From Macrostomum lignano (lineage: Eukaryota), in the NCBI GenBank assembly GCA_002269645.1, contig NIVC01000032.1, positions 682,001 to 746,000 on the forward strand: 64,000 bases of DNA, written 5' to 3'. Below are positions 23,253-51,744 of this stretch, one piece after another (position 1 is the stretch's first letter; the number at the start of each line of letters is the position of its first letter). Below the pieces are notes generated by a model. It saw nothing but the letters and a program-made list of their open reading frames with translations, made no database searches and was not told where the DNA came from. A program made the position numbers and the translations under genes.

Positions 23253-26200
23253 TCCTATATACTAAAAATGAGTTGTCTGTATGTGGGTAGGTATGCGATA
23301 GATTTCAGAAAAAATGGCTCAACTGATTTTCTTCAAACCTGCACCATTTGATCAGAAATTTTCCTGGGACGGTACATGCATCTTGGCTAAGAAATTGCTC
23401 AATGTTAAAGGGATTAAATATTCGAAAAACCTGCTTTTTTGCAAAGGTCAAGCAGCTCTTTCGACCTAAAATTCATTGTAAGAATGCTAGAGAAAAAACT
23501 GACTGGCTGAATTCCGATTGTGATAAAGATTGCATCACAACAAGTTGAAAACAGTGCCGAAGAAATGCACACACGACTTGATTTAAATTGCGTAACCAAT
23601 ATTGCTAACTTGAACTGAGACTGATACTGGCTGACTGAGAAATTGATTATGTCATAACTTTTTACTTCAATTGACTTGCTGTAAGAATTGAATTATAAGG
23701 GCCACAATTCACGTTCTACAATTGGAAAGATATAGCCAAGATGCGAACAGACTGGAATGCTAATGTAGCGACCTGGGTTCGAATCTTAGTAGTGCAAAAA
23801 GATTTTTTTTATCAAAACACCTTAAAAACACAACAAAACTGCTAAACATAATAGAAGCGCAATGTCAAACAACGAAGAGCCACCATGTCGAACATTATAG
23901 AGCCAACATTTCGAATATAAAAGAGTTACCATGTCAAACATAAAATAAGCACTATGTCAAACATATACGTGACTCCATGTCAACGATTAAAAAGCCACCA
24001 TTTCAAACATAGAAGAGCCACTATGTCAAACCTAAACAAGCCACCACGTCTAACATTTAAGAGCCACCATGTCAAACATTTAAGAGCCACCATGTCAAAC
24101 ATTAAAGAGCCCCCATGTCAAACATTTAAGAGCCACCATGTCAAACATTTAAGAGCCACCATGTCAAACATATATGTGACTTTATGTCAAACTTTAAAGA
24201 GCCACCATTTCGAACATCAAATAGCCACTTTGTCGAAAATTAAAGAGCCACCGTGTCAAACATAGAAGAGCCACCATGTTAAACATAGAAGAGCCACCAT
24301 GTCAGACATTAAAAAGCCACCGTATCAAACATAAAAGAGTTACCATGTAGAACAAAAAACAGCCACCATGTCGAACATAAAAGAGCCACCATGTAGAATA
24401 TTAAAGAGCCACCATGAAGAACATTAAAGAGCCACCATGAAGAACATTAAAGAGCCACCATGTCAAACATAAAAGAGCCACCATGTCAGACATTAAAAAG
24501 CCACCGTATCAAACATAAAAGAGTTACCATGTAGAACATTAAAGAGCCACCACGTCTAACATTTAAGAGCCACCATGTCAAACATTTAAGAGCCACCATG
24601 TCAAACATTAAAGAGCCCCCATGTCAAACATTTAAGAGCCACCATGTCAAACATTTAAGAGCCACCATGTCAAACATATATGTGACTTTATGTCAAACTT
24701 TAAAGAGCCACCATTTCGAACATCAAATAGCCACTTTGTCGAAAATTAAAGAGCCACCGTGTCAAACATAGAAGAGCCACCATGTTAAACATAGAAGAGC
24801 CACCATGTCAGACATTAAAAAGCCACCGTATCAAACATAAAAGAGTTACCATGTAGAACAAAAAACAGCCACCATGTCGAACATAAAAGAGCCACCATGT
24901 AGAATATTAAAGAGCCACCATGAAGAACATTAAAGAGCCACCATGAAGAACATTAAAGAGCCACCATGTCAAACATAAAAGAGCCACCATGTCAGACATT
25001 AAAAAGCCACCGTATCAAACATAAAAGAGTTACCATGTAGAACATTAAAGAGCCACCATTTCAAACAGTAAAGAGCCACCATGTCAAACATAAAAGAGCC
25101 ACCATGTCAAACATTAAAAAGCCACCATGTCAAACATAAAAGAGCCACCATGTAGAATATTAAAGAGCCACCATGAAGAACATTAAAGAGCAACCATGTC
25201 AAACATTTAAGAGCCACCATGTCAAACATTTAAGAGCCACCATCTCAAACATATATGTGACTTTATGTCAAACTTTAAAGAGCCACCATTTCGAACATTA
25301 AATAGCCACTTTGTCAAACACTAGAGAGCCGCCGTGTCAAACATAAAAGAGCCACCAGGTTAAAAATTAAAGAGCCACCATGTCAGACATTAAAAAGCCA
25401 CCGTATCAAACATAAAAGAGTTACCGTGTAGAACATTAAAGAGCCACTATTTCACACAGTAAAGAGCCACCATGTCAAACATAAAAGAGCCACCATGTCA
25501 AACATTAAAAAGCTACCATGTCGAACATAAAAGAGCCACCATGTCAAACATTAAAAAGCTACCATGTCGAACATTAAAGAGCTACCATGTCAAACATTAA
25601 AGAGCCACCATGTCAAACATTAAAGAGCCACCATGGCGAACATTAAAGAGCCACCATGGCGAACATTAAAGAGCCACCATGTCAAACATAAAAGAGCCAC
25701 CATGTCAAACATTAAAAGTCACCATGCTAAACATTAAAGAGCCACCATATCAAGCATAAAAGAGGCACCATGTCAAACCTAAAAGAGCCATCATGTCAAA
25801 CATAAAAGAGCCAACATGTCAAACATTAAAAAGCTACCATGTCGAACATTAAAGAGCTACCATGTCAAACATTAAAGAGCTATCATGTCGAACACAAAAT
25901 AGCCACCATGTCAAACATTGAAGAGACACTATGTCAAACGTATACGTGACTCCATGTCAAACATAAAAGTGCCACCATGTCAAACTTTAAAGAGCCACCA
26001 TGGCGAACATTAAAAAGCCACCATGGCGAACATTAAAGAGCCACCATGGCGAACATTAAAGAGCCACCATGTCAAACATAAAAGAGCCACCATGTCAAAC
26101 ATTAAAAGTCACCATGCTAAACATTAAAGAGCCACCATATCAAGCATAAAAGAGCCACCATGTCAAACCTAAAAGAGCCATCATGTCAAACATAAAAGAG

Positions 26201-27797
26201 CCAACATGTCAAACATAAAACAGCCAACATGTCAAACATAAAGAGCCACCATGTCAAACATTTAAGAGCCACCATGTCAAACATATATGTGACTTTGTGT
26301 CAAACATTAAAGAGCCACCTTTTCGAACATTAAAGAGCCACCATTTCGAACATTAAAGAGCCACCATGTCAAACATGAAAGAGCTATAACATGAAGAATA
26401 TTAAAGAGCCACCATGTCGAACATTTAAGAGCCACCATGTTAAACCTAAAAGAGCCACCATGTTAAACCTAAAAGAGCCACCATGTTAAACCTAAAAGAG
26501 CCACCATGTTAAACCTAAAAGAGCCATCATGTTAAACCTAACAGAGCCATCATGTCAAACCTAAAAGAGCCACCATGTCGAACATTTAAGAGCCACAATG
26601 TAAAATATTAAAGAGCCACCATTTCGAACATATAAGTGACTTTATGTCAAACATTAAAGAGCCACCATGTCAAACATTAAAGAGCCACCATGTTAAACAT
26701 AAAAGAGCCACCATGTAGAATATTAAAGAGCCACTATGTTGAACATTAAACAGCCATCATGTCAAACCTAAAAGATCCACCATTTCGAACACTTAAGAGC
26801 CACAATGTAGAATATTAAAGAGCTACCATGTCAAACATTTAAGAGCCACCATGTAAAACATTAAAGAGCCACCATTTGAAACATTAAAGAGTCACCATGT
26901 CAAACATTAAGGAGCCACCATGTCAAACATTTAAGAGCCACCATGTCAAACCTAAAAGAGCCACCATGTCAAACATAAAAGAGCCACCATGTCAAACATA
27001 AAAGAGCCACCATGTCAAACATAAAAGAGCCACCATGAAAAACATTAAAGAGCCACTTTCTTGAACATTAAAGAGCCACCATGTCAAACATTTAAGAGCC
27101 ACCATGTCAATTATATATGTGTCTTTATGTCAAACATTAAAGAGCCACCATTTCGAACATTAAGGAGCCACCATGTCAAACATTTAAAAGCCTCCTTTTG
27201 AAACATTAAATAGCCACTTTGTCGAACATTAAAGAGCCACTGTGTCAAACATAAAAGAGCCACTGTTTCAAACATAAAAGAGCCACCAGGTTAAACATTA
27301 AAGAGCCACCATGTCAAACATAAAAGAGCCACCATGTTAAACATAAAAGAGCCACCATGTCTGACATTAAAAAGCCATCGTTTCAAACATAAAACAGTTG
27401 CCATGTAGAACATAAAACAGCCACCATGTCAAACATAAAATTTACACAATTTCAAACATAAAAGTAAGCGAATTTTAAAGGAGCCACTATAATGCTAAGG
27501 AAATTGTCGCACTAGCTACTTATTGTCTGGTGGATGCTTGCTATTTGGGGATGCTATCTATGTAGGGGATGCTTGCTATCTGGGGGATGCTTGCTATCTG
27601 GGGGATGCTTGCTATCTGGGGGATGCTTGCTATCTGGGGGATGCTTGCTTTCTTGGGATGATTTCTTTTTGCATTGCACTTCCTTTGAGTATTTTGTCTG
27701 TTTTCTTTGTGAAGGCCTTTTTTGGCTATCTTTTTGTTACTTGTAGAGAACAGAGGTTCTATACAGATGTCCCCCAAAGGGGGGCGAAGATTGCTAG
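23253..27797 (+). mobile_element. Non-autonomous Helitron, unit 1 (4545 bp)
   Basis: Starts A|TCCTATATACTAAAAATG; ends with hairpin CCCCC-AAA-GGGGGG (27771-27784) then CGAAGATTG-CTAG. Confidence 0.85.
23858..27490. repeat. 23-bp minisatellite (AAAGAGCCACCATGTCAAACATT), ~155 degenerate copies, inside Helitron unit 1
   Basis: Period of 23 read directly. Confidence 0.93.
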
Positions 27798-30700
27798 TCC
27801 TATATACTAAAAATGAGTTGTCTGTGGGTATGCGATAGATTTCAGAAAAATTGGCTCAACCGATTTTCTTCAAACTTGCACCATTCATTCAGAAATTTTC
27901 CTGGCACGGTACATGCATCTTGGCTAAGAAATTGCTAAATGCTAAAGGGATTAAATATTCGAAAAACATGCTTTTTTGCAAAGGTCAAGCAAAATTTTCG
28001 ACTTAAAATGCATTTTAAGAATGCTAGAGAAAAAACTGACTGGCTGAATTCTGATTGTGGTAATGATTGCATCACAACAAGTTCAAAACAGTGCCGAAGA
28101 AATGCACACAAGACTTGATTGTAATTGCGTAACCATATTGCTAACTTGAATTGAGACTGATACTGGCTGACTGAGAAATTGATTATGTCATAACTTTTTA
28201 CTCTAACCGATTTGCTATAAGAATTTAATTATAAGGGCCACAATTCATGTACTCCAATTGACAAGAGATAGCATAGATGCGAACAGACTGGACTGCTAAT
28301 GCAGCGACCTGGGTTCGAATCTTAGCTGTGCAAAAAGATTTTTTTATTCAAAAACCTTAAAAACACAAAATGCTAAACACAAAAAAGCACAATGTCAAAC
28401 ATTAAAGAGCCACCATATCGAACATTAAAGAGCCACCATGTCGAACATTAAAGAGCCACCATGTAGAACATTAAAGAGCCACCATGTCGAACATTAAAGA
28501 GCCACCATGTCTAACATTAAAGAGCCACCATGTCCAACATATATGTGACTTCATGTCAAACATTAAAGAGCCATCATGTCGAACATTAAAGAGCCACCAT
28601 GTCAAACATTAAAGAGCCACCATGTCAAACATTAAAGAGTCATCATGTCGAACATTAAAGAGCCACCATGTCTAACATTAAAGAGCCACCATGTCGAATA
28701 TTAAAGAGCCACCATGTCTAACATTAAAGAGCCACCATGTCGAACATTAAAGAGCCACCATGTCTAACATTAAAGAGCCACCATGTCCAACATATATGTG
28801 ACTTCATGTCAAACATTAAAGAGCCACCATGTCTAACATTAAAGAGTCACCATGTCTAACATTAAAGAGCCACCATGTCTAACATTAAGGAGCCACCATG
28901 TCTAACATTAAAGAGCCACCATTTCAAACATTAAAGAGCCATCATGTCGAACATTAAAGAGCCACCATGTCAAACATTAAAGAGCCACCATGTCAAACAT
29001 TAAAGAGCCATCATGTCGAACATTAAAGAGCCACCATGTCTAACATTAACCAGTCACCATGTCAAGTATATTCGTGACTCCATGTCAAACATCAAAGAGC
29101 CATCATGCCAAACATATAAGAGCCACCATGTCGAAAATAAAAAAGCCACCATGTAGAACATTAAAGAGCCTTCATGTCAAACATAAAAGAGCCAACACGT
29201 CAAACATTAAAGAGGCACCATGTCATGCATTAAAGGACCACCATTTCAAAAATTAAAGAGCCACCATGTCGAAGATTAAAGAGCCACCATGTCTAACATT
29301 AAAGAGCCACCATGTCAAATATTAAAGAGCCACCATTTCAAACATTAAAGAGCCATCATTACATTAAGGTGCCACCAGGTCAAACATTAAAGAGCCACCA
29401 TGTCAAACATTAACGAGTCACCATGTCAAGTATATTCGTGACTCCATGTCGAACATTAAAGAGCAACCATGTCAAGCATTAAAGAGCCACCATGTCAAAC
29501 ATTAAAGAGCCACCATGTCGAACATTAAAGAGCCACCATGTCAAACATTAAAGAGCCACCATGTAGATCATTAAAGAGCCACCATGTCAAACATATACGT
29601 GACTACATGTCAAACATATACGTGACTCCCTGTCTAACATTAAAGAGCCACCATGTAAAACATATACATATGACTACATAACAAACATTAAACAGCCACC
29701 ATGTCGAACATTAAGGAGCCATCATGTCGAACATAAAAGAGCCACCATGTCAAACAATAAAGAGCCACTATGTCAAACATAAAAGAGCCACCATGTAAAG
29801 CATATACGTGACTCCATGTCAAACACATACGTGACTCCATGTGAAACATTAAAGAGCCACCATGTCAAACATTAAAGAGCCACGATGTCGAACATTTAAG
29901 AGCAACATGTTAAACATAAAAGAGCCACCATGTCGAAAATTAAAGAGCCACCATTTCAAGCATAAAATAGCCACTATGTCAAACATTAAAGAGCCACCAT
30001 GTCAAATATATACGTGACTACATGTCAAACATATACGTGACTCCATGTCAAACATTAAAGAGCCACCATGTCGAACATTAAACAGTCACCATGTGAAGCA
30101 TATACGTGACTCCATGCCAAAAACATACATGACTCCATGTCAAACATTAAAGAGCCACCATGTCACACATTAAAGAACCACCATGTTGAACATTAAAGAG
30201 CCACCATTTCAAGCATAAAAGAGCCACTATGTCAAACATTAAAGAGCCACCATGTCAAACATATACGTGACTACATGTCAAACATATACGTGACTCCATG
30301 TCAAACATTAAAGAGCCACCATGTCGAACATTAAAGAGTCACCATGTAAAGCATATACGTGACTCCATGCCAAAAACATACATGACTCCATGTCAAACAT
30401 TATAGAACATTAAAGAGCCACAATGTAGAACATTAAAGAGTCACCATGTAAAGCATATACGTGACTCCATGCCAAAAACATACATGACTCCATGTCAAAC
30501 ATTATAGAACATTAAAGAGCCACAATGTAGAACATTAAAGAGCCATGATGTCAAACAATAAAAAGCCATCGTTTCAAACAATAAAGAGCCACAATGTAGA
30601 ACATTAAAGAGCCACCATGTCGAACATTAAAGAGCCACAATATGTAGAACATTAAAGAGCCACAATGTCAAACATTAAAGAGCCATCATGTCAAACAATA

Positions 30701-31610
30701 AAGAGCCACCATGTCGAACAGTAAAGAGCCACCATGTCGAACATTAAAGAGCCACCATGTCGAACGTTAAAGAGCCACCATGTCGAACATTAACGAGCCA
30801 CGATGTCAAACATAAAAGAGCTACCAAGTTAGACATAGAAGAGCCACCATGTGAAACATATATGTGACTCTATGTCAAACATTAAAGAGCCACCGTTTCT
30901 AGCATTAAGGAGCCACCATGACAAACATAAAACTGGCACGATGTCAAACATTAAAAAGCCACCAATTCAAACATAAAATAGCCACCATTTCAAACACAGG
31001 AGAGACATTTTCAAACGTAATAAGAAGCGTCATGCCAATCATAAAGGAGCCCCTAGAAAGCTAAAAGGAAATGTTGCACTATATACTTTTTGTCTGGTGG
31101 ATGCTTGCTATTTAAGGATAGATACTTGCTATCAATTGGACGCTTGCTATCTGGGGGTTCTTTCTATCTGGGGTGCTTACTATCTGAGGGATGCTTGCTA
31201 TCTGGGGGTGCTTGCTATCTGGGGGTGCTTGCTATCTGGGGGTGCTTGCTATCTGGGGGTGCTTGCTATCTGGGGGTGCTTGCTATCTGGGGGTGCTTGC
31301 TATCTGGGGGTGCTTGCTATCTGGGGGTGCTTGCTATCTGGGGTGCTTGCTATCTGGGGGTGCTTACTATCTGGGGGTGCTTGCTATCTGGGGGTGCTTG
31401 CTATCTGGGGGTGCTTGCTATCTGGGGATGCTTGCTATCTGGGAGGAGGGGGGATGTTTGCTGTCTTGGGATGTTTTCTTTTTGCATTGCGCTTCATTTG
31501 AGCAGTTTTTCTATTGTCTTTGTGAAGACTCTATTTGGCGGGTTTTTTTTTATTTGTAGAGAACAGAAGTTCTATCCAGATGTCCCCCATCGGGGGGCGA
31601 AGATTGCTAG
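27798..31610 (+). mobile_element. Non-autonomous Helitron, unit 2 (3813 bp)
   Basis: TCCTATATACTAAAAATG follows the CTAG of unit 1 directly; ends CCCCC-ATC-GGGGGG-CGAAGATTG-CTAG (31607-31610). Contains the 23-bp array (28388-31010) and a 17/18-bp GTGCTTGCTATCTGGGGG array (31170-31445). Confidence 0.85.
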
Positions 31611-34600
31611 TCCTATATACTAAAAATGGTCTGTCTGTGTCTATGTGATCGATTAGAGAAAAAATGGCTGGACCGATTTTGTTCGAACTTGCACTGTTCG
31701 ATCAGAAATTTTCCCGTGACTGTACATGCATCGTGGCTAAGAAATTGCTCGATGCTAAAGGCATTAAATATTCGAAAAACATGCTTTTTTGCAAAGGTCA
31801 AGCAAACTTTTCGACTTGAAATGTATTGTAGCTCGTAAGAATGCTAGAGAAAAAAACTGACTGGTTGAATTCTGATTCTGAAATAGATTGCATCATAACT
31901 GAATTGTAACTTCGACTTGAATTGAAAATGCAGTGTGAAGCGTAGCACCAGACTTGATTTAAATTGCGTAACCATATTGTTAACTGATACTGACTGACTG
32001 AGAAACTGATTATGTCATAACTGCTTCGTGTGATTTACTCTATGCTTGGATTTTAGAGTGTTGAATTATATAAGTGAAAAATTTGATGATATCAAAACGA
32101 TGAGAGCTAGCCTAGAGGTGAACAAATTGAACTGCTAAATGCAGCGACGATGGTTCGAATTTTCATAGTGTATAATTTTTTTAATTAAAGCTTTTCAACG
32201 TCAGGAAAACTAAAAGACTTTTTAAAAAGAATCGTCATGTGAAAATCATAGAAGCGTCATTTAAAAAATCATAGAAGCGTCATGTAAAAAAATCATAGAA
32301 GCGTCATGTAAAAAATCGTAGAAGCGTCATTTAAAAAATCATAGAAGCATCATGTAAAAATCGTAGAAGCGTCATTCAAAAAATCATAGAAGCGTCATAT
32401 AAAAATCATAAATGCGTCATTTAAAGAATCATTGAAGCGTCATGTAAACAATCATAGAAGCGTCATGTAAACAATCATAGAAGCGTCATGTAAAAAATCA
32501 TATCTAAGAGTCTTGTAAAAAAATCGAAGCGTCATGTAAATAATCATAGAAGCGTCATGCAAACAATCGTAGAAGCGTCATATAAAAATCATAGAAGCGT
32601 CATGTAAAAAAATCATACAAGCGTCATGTAAAAAAGTATAGAAGCGTCATGTAAACAATCATAAAAGCGTCATGTAAACAATCGTAGAAGCGTCATATAA
32701 AAATCATAGAAGCGTCATTTAAAAAATCATAGAAGCGTCATGTAAACAATCATAGAAGCGTCATGTAAAAAATTCATAGAAGCGTCATGTAAACAATCAT
32801 AGAAGCGTCCTGTAAACAATCATAGAAGCGTCATGTAAAAAATCATACAAGCGTCATGTAAAAAAGTATAGAAGCGTCATGTAAACAATCATAGAAGCGT
32901 CATGTAAAAATCATAAAAGCGTCATGTAAAAAATCATAGAAGCGTCATGTAAAAAATCATAGAAGCGTCATTTAAAAAAATCATAGAAGCGACATTTAAA
33001 ACATCATAGAAGCGTCATGTAAAAAAATCATAGAAGCGTCATGTAAACAATCATACAAGCGTCATGTAAAAATCATAGAAGCGTCATGTAAAAAATCATA
33101 GAAACGTCATGTAGAAAAATCATAGAAGCGTCATGTAAACAATCATAGAAGCGTTATGTAAAAATCGTAGAAGCGTCATTTAAAAATCATAGAAGCGTCA
33201 TTTAAAAAAATCATAGAAGCGTCATGTAAAAAAGTCATAGAAGCGTCATGTAAACAATCATAGAAGCGTCCTGTAAACAATCATAGAAGCGTCATGTAAA
33301 AAATCATAGAAGCGTCATGTAAAAAAATCATACAAGCGTCATGTAAAAAAGTATAGAAGCGTCATGTAGACAATCATAGAAGCGTCATGTAAAAATCATA
33401 AAAGCGTCATGTAAAAAATCATAGAAGCGTCATGTAAAAAATCATAGAAGCGTCATGTAAAAACATCATAGAAACGTCATGTAAACAATCGTAGAAGCGT
33501 CATGTAAAAATTACAAAACTTATACAAAACCTATTACAAAACTTATATAAAAACTAATGGACGTGTCATTTAAGAAATCATAGAAGCGTCAAACATCAAA
33601 AGCTAATGAGCTAAAAACATCATAGAAACGTCATATAAACAATCATAGAAGCGTCATGTAAAAAGTCATAGAAGCCTTATATAAAAACTAATGGAAGTGT
33701 CATTTTAGAAATCATAGAAGCGTCATGTAAAAATCAAAAGAAGCGTCATGTCAGACATGAAAGAAGTGTCATGTAAAAATTAAATGAAGCTATTGTGCTG
33801 TGCTGGGGAGAATTACTGAGATGTCAAGGCTCACGGAGAATAACTGAGATTAGGGGGGGGGGGGGTTTCTGAGATGTCAAAGCAAAAGTCAGAAGCTACT
33901 TCAAAGTACATGTAGTTTACTCAATTTTTTTATTACCTTCTTTGTTGGCTCGCCACGGGGGGGGCGCTGATAGAAGAAGAGTCATGTAAAAAAAAAGAAG
34001 CACTATGTATACATAAAAGAAGAGTCATATCGAAGTTAAAATATTCATTTGGGAATTGCTACGATGTCAAAGCGTAGTGTCAAAGGTTGAGGGTTAGATT
34101 TTAGCGGGTTTCAAGGTTAACAGGGGATTTTTCAGATTTCAAGGTTTATGGGGGCATTGCTGACATTTCAAGGCTTACGAGGGGAATAGCTGAGATGTCA
34201 AGGCTCATGGGGGAATAAATGAGATGTCAAGGCTAAAGTCAGAAGCTACATGTAGTCTATTGAAAACTTTTTTTCATTATTTGTTGGCTCCTCACGGGAG
34301 GGATCGCTGATAGAAAAAGCGTAATGTAAAAAATAAGAAGCTTCATGTCGAAGTTAAGAGATTCATTTGGGAATCCCTACGATGTCGAGGCTTGCAGGGA
34401 ATCGCTATAATGCTGTAGTAGTGCTATAATGACTCTTAGAGAGAATTACTGAAATGTCAATGCTTTAGGGTTAGGTTAGGTTAGGGTTAGGGTTAGGGTT
34501 AGGGTTAGAAAGTTGACAGATTTTTTTAGATTTCATGGCTTATGGGGAGCATCGCTGAGATGTCAAGGGGAAGTTGAAATGTTAAAACTTGTGGGGGGGG

Positions 34601-35166
34601 GAATTACTGACATGTCAAGGCTTACAAGGGACTGCTTGCAAAGCAGTATATTATTGCAAAGAGATGCAAATATTGCAGAGAGATATTGCAAAGTGATGCT
34701 ACATGTAGCTTATTACAAAACTTGTACTGCATTTTTTGGCTCCCCAACGCTAAGATACTAAGCTAAAAAAATACTACTAGCGCTTCACAAACTTATACAG
34801 ATGTCAGGCTGTAGGGTTAGTGTTAGCGTTGGTGTTAGGGTATATGGTTAGGGTTAGGGTTATAGCGTTAAGATTCGGGTTAGTGCTAGGGTTAGGGTAG
34901 CTTATAACTTAGCTCATGTAGCTTATTAAAAATGTTTAGCATAGAAGCGTCATGCAAAAATCATGGAAGCGTCATGCAAAAAATCATAGAAGCATCATGC
35001 AAAAACTCATGGACAAAATATTAAATTTAGGGTTATGTTTAGGGTTGGGGTTAGGGCTATTAGAAGTTTGACAGGAGATTTTTTAGGATTTCAAGGCTAC
35101 ATGTAGCTTATTAAAAAACGTGTATTTCATTTCTTTAGCTCCCCAACGGGGGGCGTAGATTGCTAG
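31611..35166 (+). mobile_element. Non-autonomous Helitron, unit 3 (3556 bp, more diverged)
   Basis: Starts TCCTATATACTAAAAATGG; ends CCCC-AAC-GGGGGG-CGTAGATTG-CTAG|T. Carries a different 23/24-bp array (TCATAGAAGCGTCATGTAAAAAA, 32232-33780). A further head fragment begins at ~35212. Confidence 0.8.
34465..35056 (+). repeat. Interstitial telomere-like (TTAGGG/TTAGG) patches
   Basis: Run at 34465-34508, with degenerate patches at 34810-34880 and 35027-35056. Confidence 0.75.
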
Positions 35167-36612
35167 TACGAGTACTAAAAATGAAAATCTTGCTTGCTTT
35201 TATGTTTGTATTCGTATATACTAAAAATGGTCTGTCGGTATCTCGGGGTAGGTAGGCCGTACATGTATGTGATCCATTTCAGAAATTACTGAGCTAAAAT
35301 TTACTGCGCAATCTCAAACGTGGCGACCTTTAAATGTTGTTGAGTATAATGGCGATGGATTTATGCATATTTCTTGCAGTTTTCTAGATTTTCAGAAAAA
35401 ATAGCTATGTCAACATACAATAGCAATTTCGCAAGCAAGTATAAAAAGTTTCGCAATTTCTTTGCGTACAGTGCCTAAATCTATAGGTCACATCATGGTT
35501 AGCGATAGTCGCCTAGAAAGCGGAAGTTTGAACTGTCTGTCAGATCAAAACTGCCATGTTTTTCTTGCATTACAGTAACGCAAAGATTAATCTAGGAATA
35601 GTTTGCTTAGCAACGAGTCAGCGACATGTAGCTTGTAAACATTAACGAGCAGCTATTCTACGTTGGCTTTTTCTTAGACAAATATTTAACCAAAAACTGA
35701 TGAAAAATTAATCCTTGGCTGGCTTGACACCACATGGAACACTCTTTTTCTCTAATTGTGATCGTTTCTCATCTTCAGTGCTGTGTTGCTTTCCCTACTT
35801 TTGCGAGACAAACTTCCGTTATCAGTTGTCTGTCACACCTTTAGAATCCACTTAATACGAGCGAATGCGTGTTTGTCATTGAATCAATATTTCGGTGTGT
35901 AGCTCATATATGCTGATCCAGGCCTGTTTCTCAAGCCACCTCCAGCGGGATGATAGAAAATGTTAGCTCCTAAGATATGCCATATAGGCAGCTAACAAGT
36001 TTAAACCAAAGATCATATATACATATATACACAAGATGGGCCACTCATTAACCACTCATGTGGCCATAGAAGCCATAATGTAAAAAATTGCAACTCGCGA
36101 CAGCGCGAAAATCAACTACTGAACTCAATTTCGTCAGTAGTCTCTGCAGTGCATGCATCATTCTTAGTTTGATTGAGTAGCTTTTTATTCAATTCATGGG
36201 AAGTTCTATTAAATTCTTAAAATATAGCGTTTATGTCCCTAAGCTAATGAACTTAAATTTATAAGCAACCCATGTCGGCTTTTTCGCCCTATTACCGCCA
36301 TACAAAGTGGCCTATCTACGGAATATAAGATCTATGATTTAAACCAATAAAGTGTCGTAACAGTTTAAACATGACATATTAATGTCTTACTTACACTTAG
36401 CAAACAAAGTTTCGTAGGCAAACGTTAAAAATCAAACAAAGTTTTTGCGGAGACGTACACCGTATCTAATAAAACAAAGTCACAGTGAAGTAATAATTAA
36501 AAAAAAGATATTATCTACGTAGGCTGAAGCTGTTGGTGTCCAATACTGTCATAGTTTTTTTTTAACTTTTGTTTTATCTGCTCGTATGGATTCGTCGGAG
36601 GGCGATCCTCAT

Positions 36613-51744
<15,132 letters not shown>

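Noticed and set aside
28265-28332. Functional tRNA-Ser gene
   Set aside because: No acceptor stem or long variable arm, a mismatch in the anticodon stem, and degenerate in the other units; kept only as a relic.
27523-31623. GDACYL / GCLLSGG Cys-rich repeat ORFs, also near 12154-12518
   Set aside because: They come from the 17/18-bp array in the Helitron 3' region.
34465-34508. TTAGGG run as a chromosome end or fusion site
   Set aside because: Short, degenerate, one orientation only, and inside a Helitron unit.
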